Positions 19,501-29,693 of a DNA stretch of 64,000 nucleotides are shown here, one piece after another (within the stretch, counting starts at the first letter, position 1; each line of letters begins with the position of its first letter). The translations under genes were made by a program, and so were the position numbers. A model generated the notes under the pieces. It was not told the origin of the DNA. It saw only the letters and a program-made list of their open reading frames with translations, and made no database searches. The stretch lies in assembly GCA_021773835.1 (NCBI GenBank), contig JAJFJQ010000062.1:207322-271321 (forward strand). Reading direction: 5' to 3'. Origin of the DNA: Gammaproteobacteria bacterium. GTDB lineage: Bacteria; Pseudomonadota; Gammaproteobacteria; Ga0077536.

Positions 19501-21924
19501 GTGTGTGGAATCGCCGCCGTTTGGGGTGAAGGTGCCCCAAATCTCGCCAATCGTATCGCCGAGCGCATGATGCACCGAGGCCCGGACGGGCATGGTCTGC
19601 AGCAGTCGTCGCAATGCAGGCTGACTCTGGCGCATCGTCGCCTTGCGATCATTGATCCAGTGGGCGGAAAACAGCCACTTGCTGCCCCGGAAAACAGCGC
19701 GATGCTGGTCGCCAATGGCATGATTTACAACGATATCGCGCTGCGGCAGTCGCTCAACGGCGATGTCTTCGTTACGTCCTCGGACTCGGAGTCCATCCTA
19801 CGTCACTGCGTGCGGCGGGGAACCGCTGGTGTCTCCGATCTCGATGGGATGTTTGCATTCGTTATGGAACACGACGGCAGGCTAATCGCCGCACGCGACC
19901 CGGTTGGGATCAAACCGCTTTATGTCGGTCGCCGCGGCAACACATTCTGTTTCGCGTCCGAAATCAAGCCGCTCCTGCCCGAGGTCGACGAGATACACGA
20001 GTTTCCTCCAGGCCACGTATTCGATTCCAAGGTCGGGCTCCGGCGCTACTACGCGTTACCTGAGGCGTCCGACGACCTGGGTAAGTCAGATGCGGCGCTG
20101 GCGGCTATTCGACACACTTTGACCCGTGCGGTAGAAAAGCGTCTTCGCTCGGATGTGCCGCTTGGCGTGTTTCTCTCCGGCGGCCTCGATTCGAGCCTAA
20201 TTGCCGCCATCGCAAGTCAGCTTCGACCGGGACTGAAAACCTTTGCCGTCGGTCTTGACGGTAGCCCTGATCTCGTAGCAGCCCGGCGCGTGGCCGCACA
20301 CCTTGGGACTGATCATTATGAGTCGATATTGTCGGCCGAAGCGGTCATGCGTGATCTACCGCGCATCCTCTACCATCTAGAATCATTCGACCGTGATCTC
20401 GTGCGCAGCGCGGTGCCGTGCTATTACGTCTCGAAGCTCGCCTCCGAACACGTCAAGGTCGTCCTTACTGGCGAGGGTGCGGATGAAATATTCGCGGGCT
20501 ACACCTACCATAAATCATACGCCGACCCGGACGCGCTCCAGGCGGAGTTGCGCCGCTCCGTGCTGAGTATGCATGACATCAACCTGCAGCGGGTGGATCG
20601 CATGACCATGGCGCACGGCTTGGAGGCGCGGGTCCCGTTTCTCGATCGTGAAATGTTGGCCCTCGCATTCCGTATACCCGCTTCACTTAAGTTACCGCCC
20701 GAGACGCAGATCGAAAAATGGATCCTGCGCAAGGCGTTTGAGGATTTGTTGCCGCACGAGATCGTCTGGCGCAACAAACAACAGTTTGATCAGGGCAGCG
20801 GTATAGCGGATCTGCTGGAATCGGTTACGGCCGGTGCGCCGGCACAAATGGCAGACGCATTGCCAAAACAGGGGCGCGACGCCGAGGAAGCGCTCTATCG
20901 CCGACAGTTGGCCGAACAGCTCGACGAACCCGCAAAGCTCCTCGAACTCGTTACCCACTGGGAAAGTGATCATCGCGTCGAGCAGGTGCCAGCGGATCGA
21001 TTTTCCGTCACCGCGATCAACAAGACGGTGAAAGACGATAAGGCTATTGGCGACGTCGCCCTGGACGATTTCAGCGGCCTCTATGATCTACCCTCGCCGC
21101 GGCCGTATTTTGGACGCATGGCCAAGCTCGACTACCGCATACCCGAGGCAGCCGCCAACATCTATCGATGGTGTATTGATGAACTGCGCCGAATCAACGA
21201 CACCGCGGAACTAACGGTACTCGATCTTTGCGCTGGCTATGGTGTCAACGGTGCGCTGATGCAGTTAGATAAGTCGTTGGACGAAATTTACGCGCATTTC
21301 TCCGAGGCCCCTGCTACCACACGATCCGACCAGCTATTCGATCGACTTACGCTGGCGCCGCAGCGTAGCGATGCGGCGTTGAACATTGTCGGGATAGACG
21401 TCGCCGCTAACGCGCTCGCTTGCGCGCGTGATACCGGGTTCATTACCGAAGGGCACGCCGTCAATCTAGAAACGCAAGCGCTGCCCGAGGAGCTTGGGGA
21501 GTCCATCGCACGTTGTTCGCTCATTACGATCACCGGTGGATTCAGCTTTATCGGGAGCGCGACGTTCGACAAGATCCTATCTGCCGTACCGAACTCGTCG
21601 CCAAAACCGTGGATCGTAGGCTTTCCGTTACTGCATACGGATCTCGAACCGATAGTGGATGTGTTACACAACCACGGCTATGTTATCCAGCCGGGACTAC
21701 AATACCGTTATCTACAGCGGCGGTTTGCAAGCGATCGCGAACGCGACAACGAGCGGACCGCGCTCGCCGCCTCCGATTTAAACACAATTGCCGAAGACTA
21801 TTTTGAATCACGTCTACTGCTTGCCCAGCCTCCGTGTGGTCCACAAATACCTGTCGAAGTACTGGATCTTGATGCCATCGGAGACGGTGAACCGACGGTG
21901 GATTCCCGACGCTGGGCATCCTGA
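19501..21924 (+). CDS. Asparagine synthase (glutamine-hydrolysing)-like amidotransferase fused to a C-terminal Rossmann/methyltransferase-like domain
   Basis: GTG at 19501, preceded by AAAAGGA, gives the N-terminal MCGIAAVWGEG (Ntn Cys). The PP-loop SGGLDSS is present. The C-terminal ~270 aa contain VLDLCAGYGVNG and NIVGIDVAANALACA. Confidence 0.8.
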   Translation: MCGIAAVWGEGAPNLANRIAERMMHRGPDGHGLQQSSQCRLTLAHRRLAIIDPVGGKQPLAAPENSAMLVANGMIYNDIALRQSLNGDVFVTSSDSESILRHCVRRGTAGVSDLDGMFAFVMEHDGRLIAARDPVGIKPLYVGRRGNTFCFASEIKPLLPEVDEIHEFPPGHVFDSKVGLRRYYALPEASDDLGKSDAALAAIRHTLTRAVEKRLRSDVPLGVFLSGGLDSSLIAAIASQLRPGLKTFAVGLDGSPDLVAARRVAAHLGTDHYESILSAEAVMRDLPRILYHLESFDRDLVRSAVPCYYVSKLASEHVKVVLTGEGADEIFAGYTYHKSYADPDALQAELRRSVLSMHDINLQRVDRMTMAHGLEARVPFLDREMLALAFRIPASLKLPPETQIEKWILRKAFEDLLPHEIVWRNKQQFDQGSGIADLLESVTAGAPAQMADALPKQGRDAEEALYRRQLAEQLDEPAKLLELVTHWESDHRVEQVPADRFSVTAINKTVKDDKAIGDVALDDFSGLYDLPSPRPYFGRMAKLDYRIPEAAANIYRWCIDELRRINDTAELTVLDLCAGYGVNGALMQLDKSLDEIYAHFSEAPATTRSDQLFDRLTLAPQRSDAALNIVGIDVAANALACARDTGFITEGHAVNLETQALPEELGESIARCSLITITGGFSFIGSATFDKILSAVPNSSPKPWIVGFPLLHTDLEPIVDVLHNHGYVIQPGLQYRYLQRRFASDRERDNERTALAASDLNTIAEDYFESRLLLAQPPCGPQIPVEVLDLDAIGDGEPTVDSRRWAS

Positions 21925-22358
21925 GAAGGCGAGGTAACGAGTGGAGTGAGCGAGAACGGTCGGAACTGGCTAGTCGACCAATTGCCGTACGAAGGTACAC
22001 AGCTATAAGGATCGCTAACTCGATACGATTCCGCGCGGAAACGCTAGTTTCCAACCCATTCGACCGGAGCAAGTCATTCGTTCGTCAACGACGCCGTCAA
22101 TTTACGGGGCCGCGCTTACGAACAATTCGTTGAAAAGCTTTTAGAGATTTCCACGAATACTCGGTTCCAACGCTGCAATAGTTGGCAGCTTCAGTGCATT
22201 AGCCACTGTTCCATCATCGCTGACATAGCGCTTGCAATCCTTACCATGTAGGTTATTATTACATTGATATATATCTGCGTGTATTTGAAGATATTAACAT
22301 TTAAGTTTAATTGAGCTGTCCGACAGGGGTGAAGCCTGGGCGGAGACGGAGCGATGCG

Positions 22359-22703
22359 ATGCCGAGTCGAGTAGTTGTAGCGAAAGAACTGGCCGAAATC
22401 TTTAAAATTTTGGCGCATCCGGACAGGATCCGATTGATCGAGGAAATGAAGGATGGAGAAAAGGACGTCAACACGCTTGCCGAATTACTCGATCTGCCCG
22501 GTCCGCGGGTATCGCAGCATTTGGCCTTGATGCGCGCGCACCGCATCATTGAAGAAGAACGTGACGGACGCCATCGCCGATATCACCTCGTGCAGCCGGA
22601 AATCGCGCAATGGATCATTGACGGAATGGCATTTCTGGAAAATCGTTCTCATGTGATACCGAAATCGAAGATCAATGCAGCGCGGAGATTATGGGCTTCT
22701 TAG
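22359..22703 (+). CDS. ArsR/SmtB-family transcriptional regulator
   Basis: HTH region ELAEIFKILAHPDRIRLIEEM...VSQHLALMRAHRII. The tracked ORF begins at 22311. Confidence 0.75.
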   Translation: MPSRVVVAKELAEIFKILAHPDRIRLIEEMKDGEKDVNTLAELLDLPGPRVSQHLALMRAHRIIEEERDGRHRRYHLVQPEIAQWIIDGMAFLENRSHVIPKSKINAARRLWAS

Positions 22704-22762
22704 ATAGCCAAAGTTTTTGTACGACATCAAAGTTTATTTAGCAATATTTTCTGGAGTCAGAA

Positions 22763-23416
22763 ATGCCGAATTTTGCAACCGGGGTAATCCGCTTCCAACG
22801 GGACGTTTTCCCTGCAAGGCGGGAAATGTTTGAAAAATTGAGCCAGGGCCAATCGCCGGAGGCTTTGTTTATTACCTGCTCGGATTCACGGATTGAACCC
22901 GCGATGATCACGCAGACCGATCCGGGCGAGCTGTTTATCTGCCGTAATGCCGGCAATATCATACCGCCGCACACAACGGCGACCGGCGCAATGACGGCAT
23001 CGATCGAATTCGCGGCCGCTGTATTACAGGTACCGCACATCGTGATCTGCGGGCACACGGAATGCGGCGCCATGAAAGGTGCGATGGATCCGGGATCGCT
23101 GGACGGGTTACCGCATGTTAAAGAATGGCTCGGATTCTCCAAGGCCGCAGTCGACATCGTAAACGACCTTGGTGCCGAATCGGACGAGCCCGGTCGCATG
23201 CGCATGCTGTTGGAGCAGAACGTAGTACTACAGTTGCAACATTTGAAAACTCATCCGACGGTAGCATTGCGCCTTGCAAAACACGATGTACAGCTCCATG
23301 GCTGGGTCTATGACATTGCGTCCGGGGACGTGCACGCCTACGACGAACCGTCGGAAAAATTTGTGCCGGTCGCCGAACGTTATGCCGAGGCGATCAAATT
23401 GAGCCAGAGCGTTTAA
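22763..23416 (+). CDS. Beta-class carbonic anhydrase
   Basis: CSDSRIEP and HTECGAM zinc-ligand motifs. Confidence 0.9.
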   Translation: MPNFATGVIRFQRDVFPARREMFEKLSQGQSPEALFITCSDSRIEPAMITQTDPGELFICRNAGNIIPPHTTATGAMTASIEFAAAVLQVPHIVICGHTECGAMKGAMDPGSLDGLPHVKEWLGFSKAAVDIVNDLGAESDEPGRMRMLLEQNVVLQLQHLKTHPTVALRLAKHDVQLHGWVYDIASGDVHAYDEPSEKFVPVAERYAEAIKLSQSV

Positions 23417-23450
23417 TCATCCCGGGAAACCCGACGAACGAGGCCAAGCA

Positions 23451-25097
23451 ATGAAATACTTCGATACTTCGAACCTTCGCGGAGACATCTACGGCGGTGT
23501 AACGGCGGGTGTTGTCGCGCTTCCGCTTGCCCTGGCGTTTGGTGAAGCGTCTGGGGCAGGGCCGATTGCCGGATTATGGGGGGCGATCATCGTTGGGTTT
23601 TTTGCGTCTCTAATTGGCGGAACACAATCGCAGGTCTCCGGTCCGACCGGACCCATGATTGTCGTATTCGCCGGTGTATTTGGAACCTTACACGGCGATC
23701 TCTCGTTAGTCTTTGCGGCGGTGGTCCTCGCTGGACTCTTGCAAATAGTGTTTGGGATCCTGAAACTCGGCCAGTACATCAGGCTCGTCCCGTATCCCGT
23801 GATATCGGGCTTCATGAGCGGTATCGGCTGCATAATCATCGCCTTGCAACTATCTCGTCTATTTGGCCATGAACCAGAGGCCCGCGGGACGATACCGGCG
23901 TTGACCGCCGTTCCTGATGCGGTGATGGATCCAAATTTCGTGGCATTGACGATCGCAATAGTATGCCTGGTCCTAGTTTTTCGCTGGCCTCAGAGCTGGG
24001 GAAAGATCATTCCGGGACCGCTGGCAGCCTTGATCGTCGGTACGGTTCTAAGCGTTTTCTTACCCGGGGCACCGGTTTTAGGCGATATACCGACAGGGTT
24101 CCCGGACTTGGTCATCCCAAGTTTTACGCACGAAACGGTTCTCATTGTGCTCGAAGCAGCCTTCATTTTAGCGCTACTTGGCGCGGTCGACAGTTTGTTG
24201 ACGTCGCTCGTCGCCGATAACATGACACGCACGCGCCACGATTCGAATCGCGAACTAATTGGGCAGGGTGTCGGCAATACCGTTGCCGGCTTGTTCGGCG
24301 CCATTCCGGGCGCGGGCGCCACAATGCGCACGGTAGTTAACATTCGCACGGGCGGCAAAACTCGGATATCCGGCATGGTGCACGCGTTGCTATTGTTCGC
24401 GGTCGTGATCAGCCTCGCGCCGTTAGCCGAGCGGATCCCGCACGCGGTATTAGCGGGTATCCTGATCAAGGTCGGTTACGACATTATTGACTTCTCTTAT
24501 CTCAGATACGCGCACAAAGGTCCGCGCTGGGACCTGGCCTTAATGGCGTTAGTGCTCGGCCTCACGGTATTTGTGGATCTCATTACGGCGGTCGCAACTG
24601 GGGTGGTGCTCGCGGCACTCGCATTCGTGAAAATGCTGGCGGATGAACAGATGTCGCAATTCGACCAGCCAACGGTAACAACACCCGAAGAGCAGGAAGT
24701 GCTCGCGAAAGCAAAGAACCAAATTATGATGTTCGACTTCTCAGGTCCGCTGAGTTTCGGTGCGGCCGCGGATGTCGGTCACCAGGTTCGAGAACGTACG
24801 GGGCAAACTGCGCGGGCAATGATCCTTGACTTCTCGCGGGTAACCTTCATTGATGTATCGGCAGCGCGCGCCGTCGAGACGATTGGCTGCGACGCTCGTG
24901 CGCAACACACGCGCGTGTATTGCTCGGGGATGAGTGATTCAGTGCGGGCTGATCTTGCCGGATTGAACGCCGACCACTGTATCCCGAGCGACACCTACTA
25001 TGATGAACGCATCGATGCCCTGCGTGCCGCATTAACGTTTATCGAAAACGGCTCGGCGCACGGTCAGGACAAGGACGAACTGGTAGCGGCTGGATAG
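23451..25097 (+). CDS. SulP-family anion (sulfate/bicarbonate) transporter with C-terminal STAS domain
   Basis: 548 aa polytopic membrane protein plus a STAS-like C-terminus. Classic pairing with a carbonic anhydrase. Confidence 0.9.
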   Translation: MKYFDTSNLRGDIYGGVTAGVVALPLALAFGEASGAGPIAGLWGAIIVGFFASLIGGTQSQVSGPTGPMIVVFAGVFGTLHGDLSLVFAAVVLAGLLQIVFGILKLGQYIRLVPYPVISGFMSGIGCIIIALQLSRLFGHEPEARGTIPALTAVPDAVMDPNFVALTIAIVCLVLVFRWPQSWGKIIPGPLAALIVGTVLSVFLPGAPVLGDIPTGFPDLVIPSFTHETVLIVLEAAFILALLGAVDSLLTSLVADNMTRTRHDSNRELIGQGVGNTVAGLFGAIPGAGATMRTVVNIRTGGKTRISGMVHALLLFAVVISLAPLAERIPHAVLAGILIKVGYDIIDFSYLRYAHKGPRWDLALMALVLGLTVFVDLITAVATGVVLAALAFVKMLADEQMSQFDQPTVTTPEEQEVLAKAKNQIMMFDFSGPLSFGAAADVGHQVRERTGQTARAMILDFSRVTFIDVSAARAVETIGCDARAQHTRVYCSGMSDSVRADLAGLNADHCIPSDTYYDERIDALRAALTFIENGSAHGQDKDELVAAG

Positions 25098-25365
25098 CAG
25101 TCGGCCGGCTGCATTAGACACTTGCTTTAGGTTGCGCGCGATAGCGGGATCGAACCGGTGCTCCGTGCCGCATGAAGACAATCGCGCATGCATTCGGGTG
25201 CCCGGTTCTACACCATGGTGGCAGGAACACGAATTGCACAGCCTAAAGGTTTAAAAACGCAGATTTTGCACGAGCTTGTTTGCAGGATTAGAGCAGTGTC
25301 AGAACCGAGCGGTGACGCGAAGGCGTGAAACCCTCTCGACCCTGACAACTACCGCGTGACGAGAT

Positions 25366-28300
25366 CTAACCATTGTGCATCGTTACCAGTAGATCGTGTG
25401 CATCGACCGTCTCGCCACGTCGAACATTCACCTGCTTGACGGTCGCGTCCAGATCGGCCCGGATCTGAGTTTCCATTTTCATCGCTTCGATGGATAGCAG
25501 CGGATCACCCTTTTTGATTTTCTGGCCCGAGGCCACTGCGACCGAAGCGATCATGCCGGGCATCGGTGCGCCGATGTGGGCCGGATTGCCGGCCTCCGCC
25601 TTAGGTCTTTCTTCCTTCACTTCCGCCCCGGACTTTGCGACACGCACGAGTCTCGGTTGTCCGTTCAGCTCGAAAAAGAGTTTTACCTCTCCGTCCTCCG
25701 GCGCCTCTGTTCGCCCCTGCAGGCCAATTAATAACCCCTTACCAGACTCGAGTTCGACCGAGATTTCTTCACCTTCGGTCATCCCGTAGAAAAATGCCGT
25801 CGTCGGCAACCTCGATACGTCGCCGTAATGACTACGGTGGGCGGCATAATCGCGAAATACCTTTGGGTACATCAAACTCGAAGCGAGATCAGTATCGCTG
25901 ACCGTGCGGCCGATCGTTTTCTCTACGTCATCGCGCAGTGCTTCTAGGTCGACCGGCGGTATGTTTGCGCCTGGCCGTCCGACGAGCGGTTGTTCACCGG
26001 CTAATACCTTCTGTTGTAGTTGCTGCGGGAATCCGTCGGGCGGGAAACCCAGCTCTCCTTTAAAAAGCGAAATTACCGATTCGGGGAAGGCAATCTCGCG
26101 TTCGGGATCAAGCACTGCGGCAGGGTCGAGATCGTTGATAACCATAAACAGTGCCATGTCGCCGACAACCTTGGATGTCGGTGTGACTTTGATAATGTCA
26201 CCGAACATTTGATTGACCTCGGCATAAGCACGCGCGACCTCGGGCCAACGTGACGCGAGTCCGATTGCGCGGGCCTGTTCGCGCAAATTCGTATACTGGC
26301 CGCCGGGCATTTCGTGACGGTAAACATCCGACGTGCCGGATCGCATATCAGCTTCGAACGGCGCGTAATATCGCCGCACACCCTCCCAATAATGTGAAGC
26401 GGCCTGCATGGACTCGAGCGGGACTTTTGGATCCCGCTCGTGACCAGCAAGTGCAACGGCTATTGCACCAAGATTTGGCTGAGAAGTGAGACCCGACATA
26501 CTGTCGAATGCCCCGTCAACGGCGTCGCAGCCCGCCGTCACAGCCGCCAACACGGCGGCACCGCCGATGCCGCTCGTATCATGCGTATGAAAGTGTACAG
26601 GGAGGCCGATTTCTTGCTTTAAGGCCGTGATTAATTCATAGGCGGCCCGAGGACGGCATAGACCGGCCATGTCCTTGATGCCGATGATGTGCGCGCCAGC
26701 CTGCTCGAGCGCTTTGGCCATGCCGATGTAGTAGTTGAGGTTGTATTTCGAGCGGCTAGTGTCGAATAAATCTCCGGTGTAGCAAATGGCGCCTTCGCAA
26801 AGGCTGCCCGATTCGCAAACCGCGTCGATTGCGACGCGCATGTTTTCGACACCATTGAGCGCGTCGAACACTCGAAATATATCGATACCGCTGGCAGCGG
26901 CTTGCTGCACGAAATACTTCACCACGTTATCGGGATAGTTTGTGTAGCCGACCGCGTTAGATGCGCGCAGCAACATTTGCAGTAGGATATTCGGCACCGC
27001 CTCACGTAACCGCGTGAGGCGCTCCCATGGATCTTCTTTAAGAAAGCGCATCGCAACATCAAATGTCGCTCCGCCCCAGCATTCAAGCGAGAATAGCTGC
27101 GGTAGCATCCGCGCATAGTATGGTGCGATTTCGACCATATCGTGTGTTCGCATGCGCGTCGCGAATAGCGATTGATGTGCGTCGCGCATCGTCGTATCAG
27201 TAAGTAACACCTGTGGTTGATCGAGCATCCATTTGCTGAAGCGTTCGGCGCCGAGCGTTCTAAATTCATCGCGCGAGCCGCGTCTCATTTCCGAATTTCG
27301 ATCATAAGACGGCCGCACAACTGATAGCGCCTGTGTCTGCGGCGGTATACGCCCTTCCATTTCCGGATTACCGTTGACAATGACTTCCCCGAGGAAGCGT
27401 AATAAGCGTGTCGCACGATCGCGACGCTTTATTATTTTGAATAATTCCGGCGTTGAGTCGATAAATCGCGTCGTATTTTCACCCGACTGGAATACTGGAT
27501 GATTGATGATGTTTTCCAGAAACTGCAGATTGCTCGACAAACCACGGATCCGGAACTCGCGCAGGGACCGATCCATACGCTTAATCGCCTCAGCGCTAGT
27601 TGGCGCCCAGGTTGTGACCTTCACGAGCAGCGAATCGTAGTATGGCGTGATGACCGCACCTGAATAGGCGGTACCGCCGTCGAGGCGAACGCCGAAACCG
27701 GATGCACTGCGATAGGCGGTTAGGCGACCATAATCCGGAATGAAGTTATTTTCCGGGTCCTCAGTCGTGACACGACATTGCAACGCATGGCCTTTTAGCT
27801 TTATGTCATTTTGGAGCGGGACTGCGCCGTCGGGCGAACCAATGCGCTCACCCTCAGTGATGCGGATCTGTGCTTTGACGATATCAATTCCGGTAACTTC
27901 TTCGGTGACCGTGTGCTCAACCTGGATCCGTGGATTAACCTCAATAAAATAATAGTTACCGCTGTCGATATCCATCAAGAATTCGACGGTTCCGGCATGC
28001 GTGTAGCTTACTGCTCTGGCCAGATTCAGCGCCGCCTCACACAAATCTGCTCGCGTTCGCTCATCTAGGTACGGCGCCGGGGCACGCTCTACGACTTTCT
28101 GATTTCGCCGTTGCACAGAGCAATCACGCTCATACAAGTGGACGAGGGACCCGTGCATGTCACCGAGGATTTGTACTTCGACGTGCCGTGCGCGGCGAAC
28201 GAGTTTCTCCAAATAAACCTCGTCGTTGCCGAACGCCGATAGCGCCTCGCGTCGCGCACTATCCATATTCGCATCGAGTTCTGACTCCGATTCGATGATG

Positions 28301-28812
28301 CGCATACCGCGACCGCCGCCGCCCCAACTTGCCTTAAGCATTAATGGATAACCAACTTGGGCGGCGAGTCGTTTTACCTCATCGCTGTCGTGCGGCAGCG
28401 GGCCTGTCGCTGGCATAATTGGTACACCTGCGTGCTCAGCGACGTCGCGAGCTGCGATCTTATTACCAAGCGTGCGCATTACCTGTGGCCGCGGTCCAAT
28501 GAACAAGATGCCCGCCGCGGCGCAAGCGTCGGCAAATTCCGGATTCTCTGACAGAAACCCGTAACCCGGATGTATGGCATCCGCACCGGCTTGCCGAGCG
28601 ATCCCGAGGATCCCGTCGATGTCGAGGTAGGCCGCTACCGGCTGCTTGCCGTCGCCGACAAGGTAACTTTCATCGGCCTTGAACCGATGCAATGCAAAGC
28701 GGTCCTCATTCGCATAAATGGCGATCGTCTGAATTCCGAGTTCCGTGGCCGCGCGCATAACGCGGATCGCGATCTCGGAACGATTAGCAACCAGGAGTCT
28801 ACGTATGCGCAT
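25366..28812 (-). CDS. pyc: Pyruvate carboxylase (single-chain)
   Basis: 1148 aa with a biotin carboxylase N-terminus, carboxyltransferase centre and C-terminal biotinyl domain containing AMKME. Confidence 0.93.
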   Translation of the reverse strand: MRIRRLLVANRSEIAIRVMRAATELGIQTIAIYANEDRFALHRFKADESYLVGDGKQPVAAYLDIDGILGIARQAGADAIHPGYGFLSENPEFADACAAAGILFIGPRPQVMRTLGNKIAARDVAEHAGVPIMPATGPLPHDSDEVKRLAAQVGYPLMLKASWGGGGRGMRIIESESELDANMDSARREALSAFGNDEVYLEKLVRRARHVEVQILGDMHGSLVHLYERDCSVQRRNQKVVERAPAPYLDERTRADLCEAALNLARAVSYTHAGTVEFLMDIDSGNYYFIEVNPRIQVEHTVTEEVTGIDIVKAQIRITEGERIGSPDGAVPLQNDIKLKGHALQCRVTTEDPENNFIPDYGRLTAYRSASGFGVRLDGGTAYSGAVITPYYDSLLVKVTTWAPTSAEAIKRMDRSLREFRIRGLSSNLQFLENIINHPVFQSGENTTRFIDSTPELFKIIKRRDRATRLLRFLGEVIVNGNPEMEGRIPPQTQALSVVRPSYDRNSEMRRGSRDEFRTLGAERFSKWMLDQPQVLLTDTTMRDAHQSLFATRMRTHDMVEIAPYYARMLPQLFSLECWGGATFDVAMRFLKEDPWERLTRLREAVPNILLQMLLRASNAVGYTNYPDNVVKYFVQQAAASGIDIFRVFDALNGVENMRVAIDAVCESGSLCEGAICYTGDLFDTSRSKYNLNYYIGMAKALEQAGAHIIGIKDMAGLCRPRAAYELITALKQEIGLPVHFHTHDTSGIGGAAVLAAVTAGCDAVDGAFDSMSGLTSQPNLGAIAVALAGHERDPKVPLESMQAASHYWEGVRRYYAPFEADMRSGTSDVYRHEMPGGQYTNLREQARAIGLASRWPEVARAYAEVNQMFGDIIKVTPTSKVVGDMALFMVINDLDPAAVLDPEREIAFPESVISLFKGELGFPPDGFPQQLQQKVLAGEQPLVGRPGANIPPVDLEALRDDVEKTIGRTVSDTDLASSLMYPKVFRDYAAHRSHYGDVSRLPTTAFFYGMTEGEEISVELESGKGLLIGLQGRTEAPEDGEVKLFFELNGQPRLVRVAKSGAEVKEERPKAEAGNPAHIGAPMPGMIASVAVASGQKIKKGDPLLSIEAMKMETQIRADLDATVKQVNVRRGETVDAHDLLVTMHNG

Positions 28813-29364
28813 AATAAATGGGGTCGGAGTAGGTTGATTCCAGATCAGTAAAGACCGAAATTAGCATTAGGGAACACTGATTACTTAATAACTTTACGAT
28901 TAGCACAGAGACGAGAATGTCGTTGCGCAGGCTTTTACGATAACAGTGACAAAGCCAAACTTCCCGTTGCGTGCGGTCCTCCACGTCTTACTTAATTTAG
29001 CGCGCTTGGAGCCAATCATTCATGAACATTCAAGGCCCAAACAATGCAACGCATGCTTTGGGCGATTGTGCTTTGCGCTCTGACTGTAAACGCGCGGGCA
29101 CTTACACACTTCATTCATGCCCATGATATCGCGGATGGAGAAGGTAACATCTTAGGCTCAGGAGACCGTCAAAATGAAATACACCGATAAGTGTCGCCTC
29201 GATTTAGCTACTAGCCTTCCGGCACCTAGATTGCTAGAAAGCCGTCCGAAAATACGGAACCCCGTCTCCCGCCTGGCGCGCCGTTTGACGACCGACTTGG
29301 TCAAATGCACTTGACCTGCACGTACTGAGATTTTCAGTCCGAGGAATCCAGGTCGGATATCGTC

Positions 29365-29429
29365 ATAACGCATTGATTTAATTGGTGGGCGATACTGGGT
29401 TCGAACCAGTGACCCCTGCCGTGTGAAGG
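29365..29429. repeat. Partial duplicate of the tRNA-Val 3' half plus ~10 bp flank. Left att-like boundary of the island.
   Basis: ~65 bp with 2 mismatches relative to 46526-46590 (taacgcattgatttaattggtgggcgatactgggttcgaaccagtgacccctgccgtgtgaagg). Confidence 0.8.
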
Positions 29430-29534
29430 ACCTATAGCAATTTATAAATTCCGTAAAACTAATCACTTAGCGCATTCGGCCCCGCGCAATCGTGACTGGA
29501 GATGACAGTTGACGACTGGAACTGACTGCGGGTG

Positions 29535-29551
29535 GTCACGATTTGGTCACG
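29535..29551 (+). repeat. 17-mer GTCACGATTTGGTCACG, left copy (the second copy is at 46480-46496). Candidate integrase arm-type site.
   Basis: An exact 17 bp match occurs just inside both island ends in the same orientation. Confidence 0.5.
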
Positions 29552-29693
29552 TTGCCGATTAATTGCGTGGGACTACGAATTCGCCACCAATAGGTTGATT
29601 TCGCAATTACGAATATTCAGCAGGGGCAGGCCGTTTGTACCCAAAATCACTAACGATTGACGATACTAACGACATTCGTTACTATTTGGCGCA

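Noticed and set aside
25131-25230. tRNA-like signature (GGGATCGAACC T-arm motif with 7-bp acceptor-like pairing GCGCGAT/ATCGCGC) between the convergent SulP and pyc genes
   Set aside because: Only ~53 nt can be folded. There is no D-arm or convincing anticodon arm, the T-stem has a mismatch, and CCA is absent. It is more likely a tRNA-derived fragment or a hairpin acting as a bidirectional terminator. Not called as a tRNA.
29158-29466. 102-aa minus-strand ORF spanning the left att repeat
   Set aside because: It runs across the tRNA-derived repeat and the intergenic region with no RBS. The composition looks non-coding.
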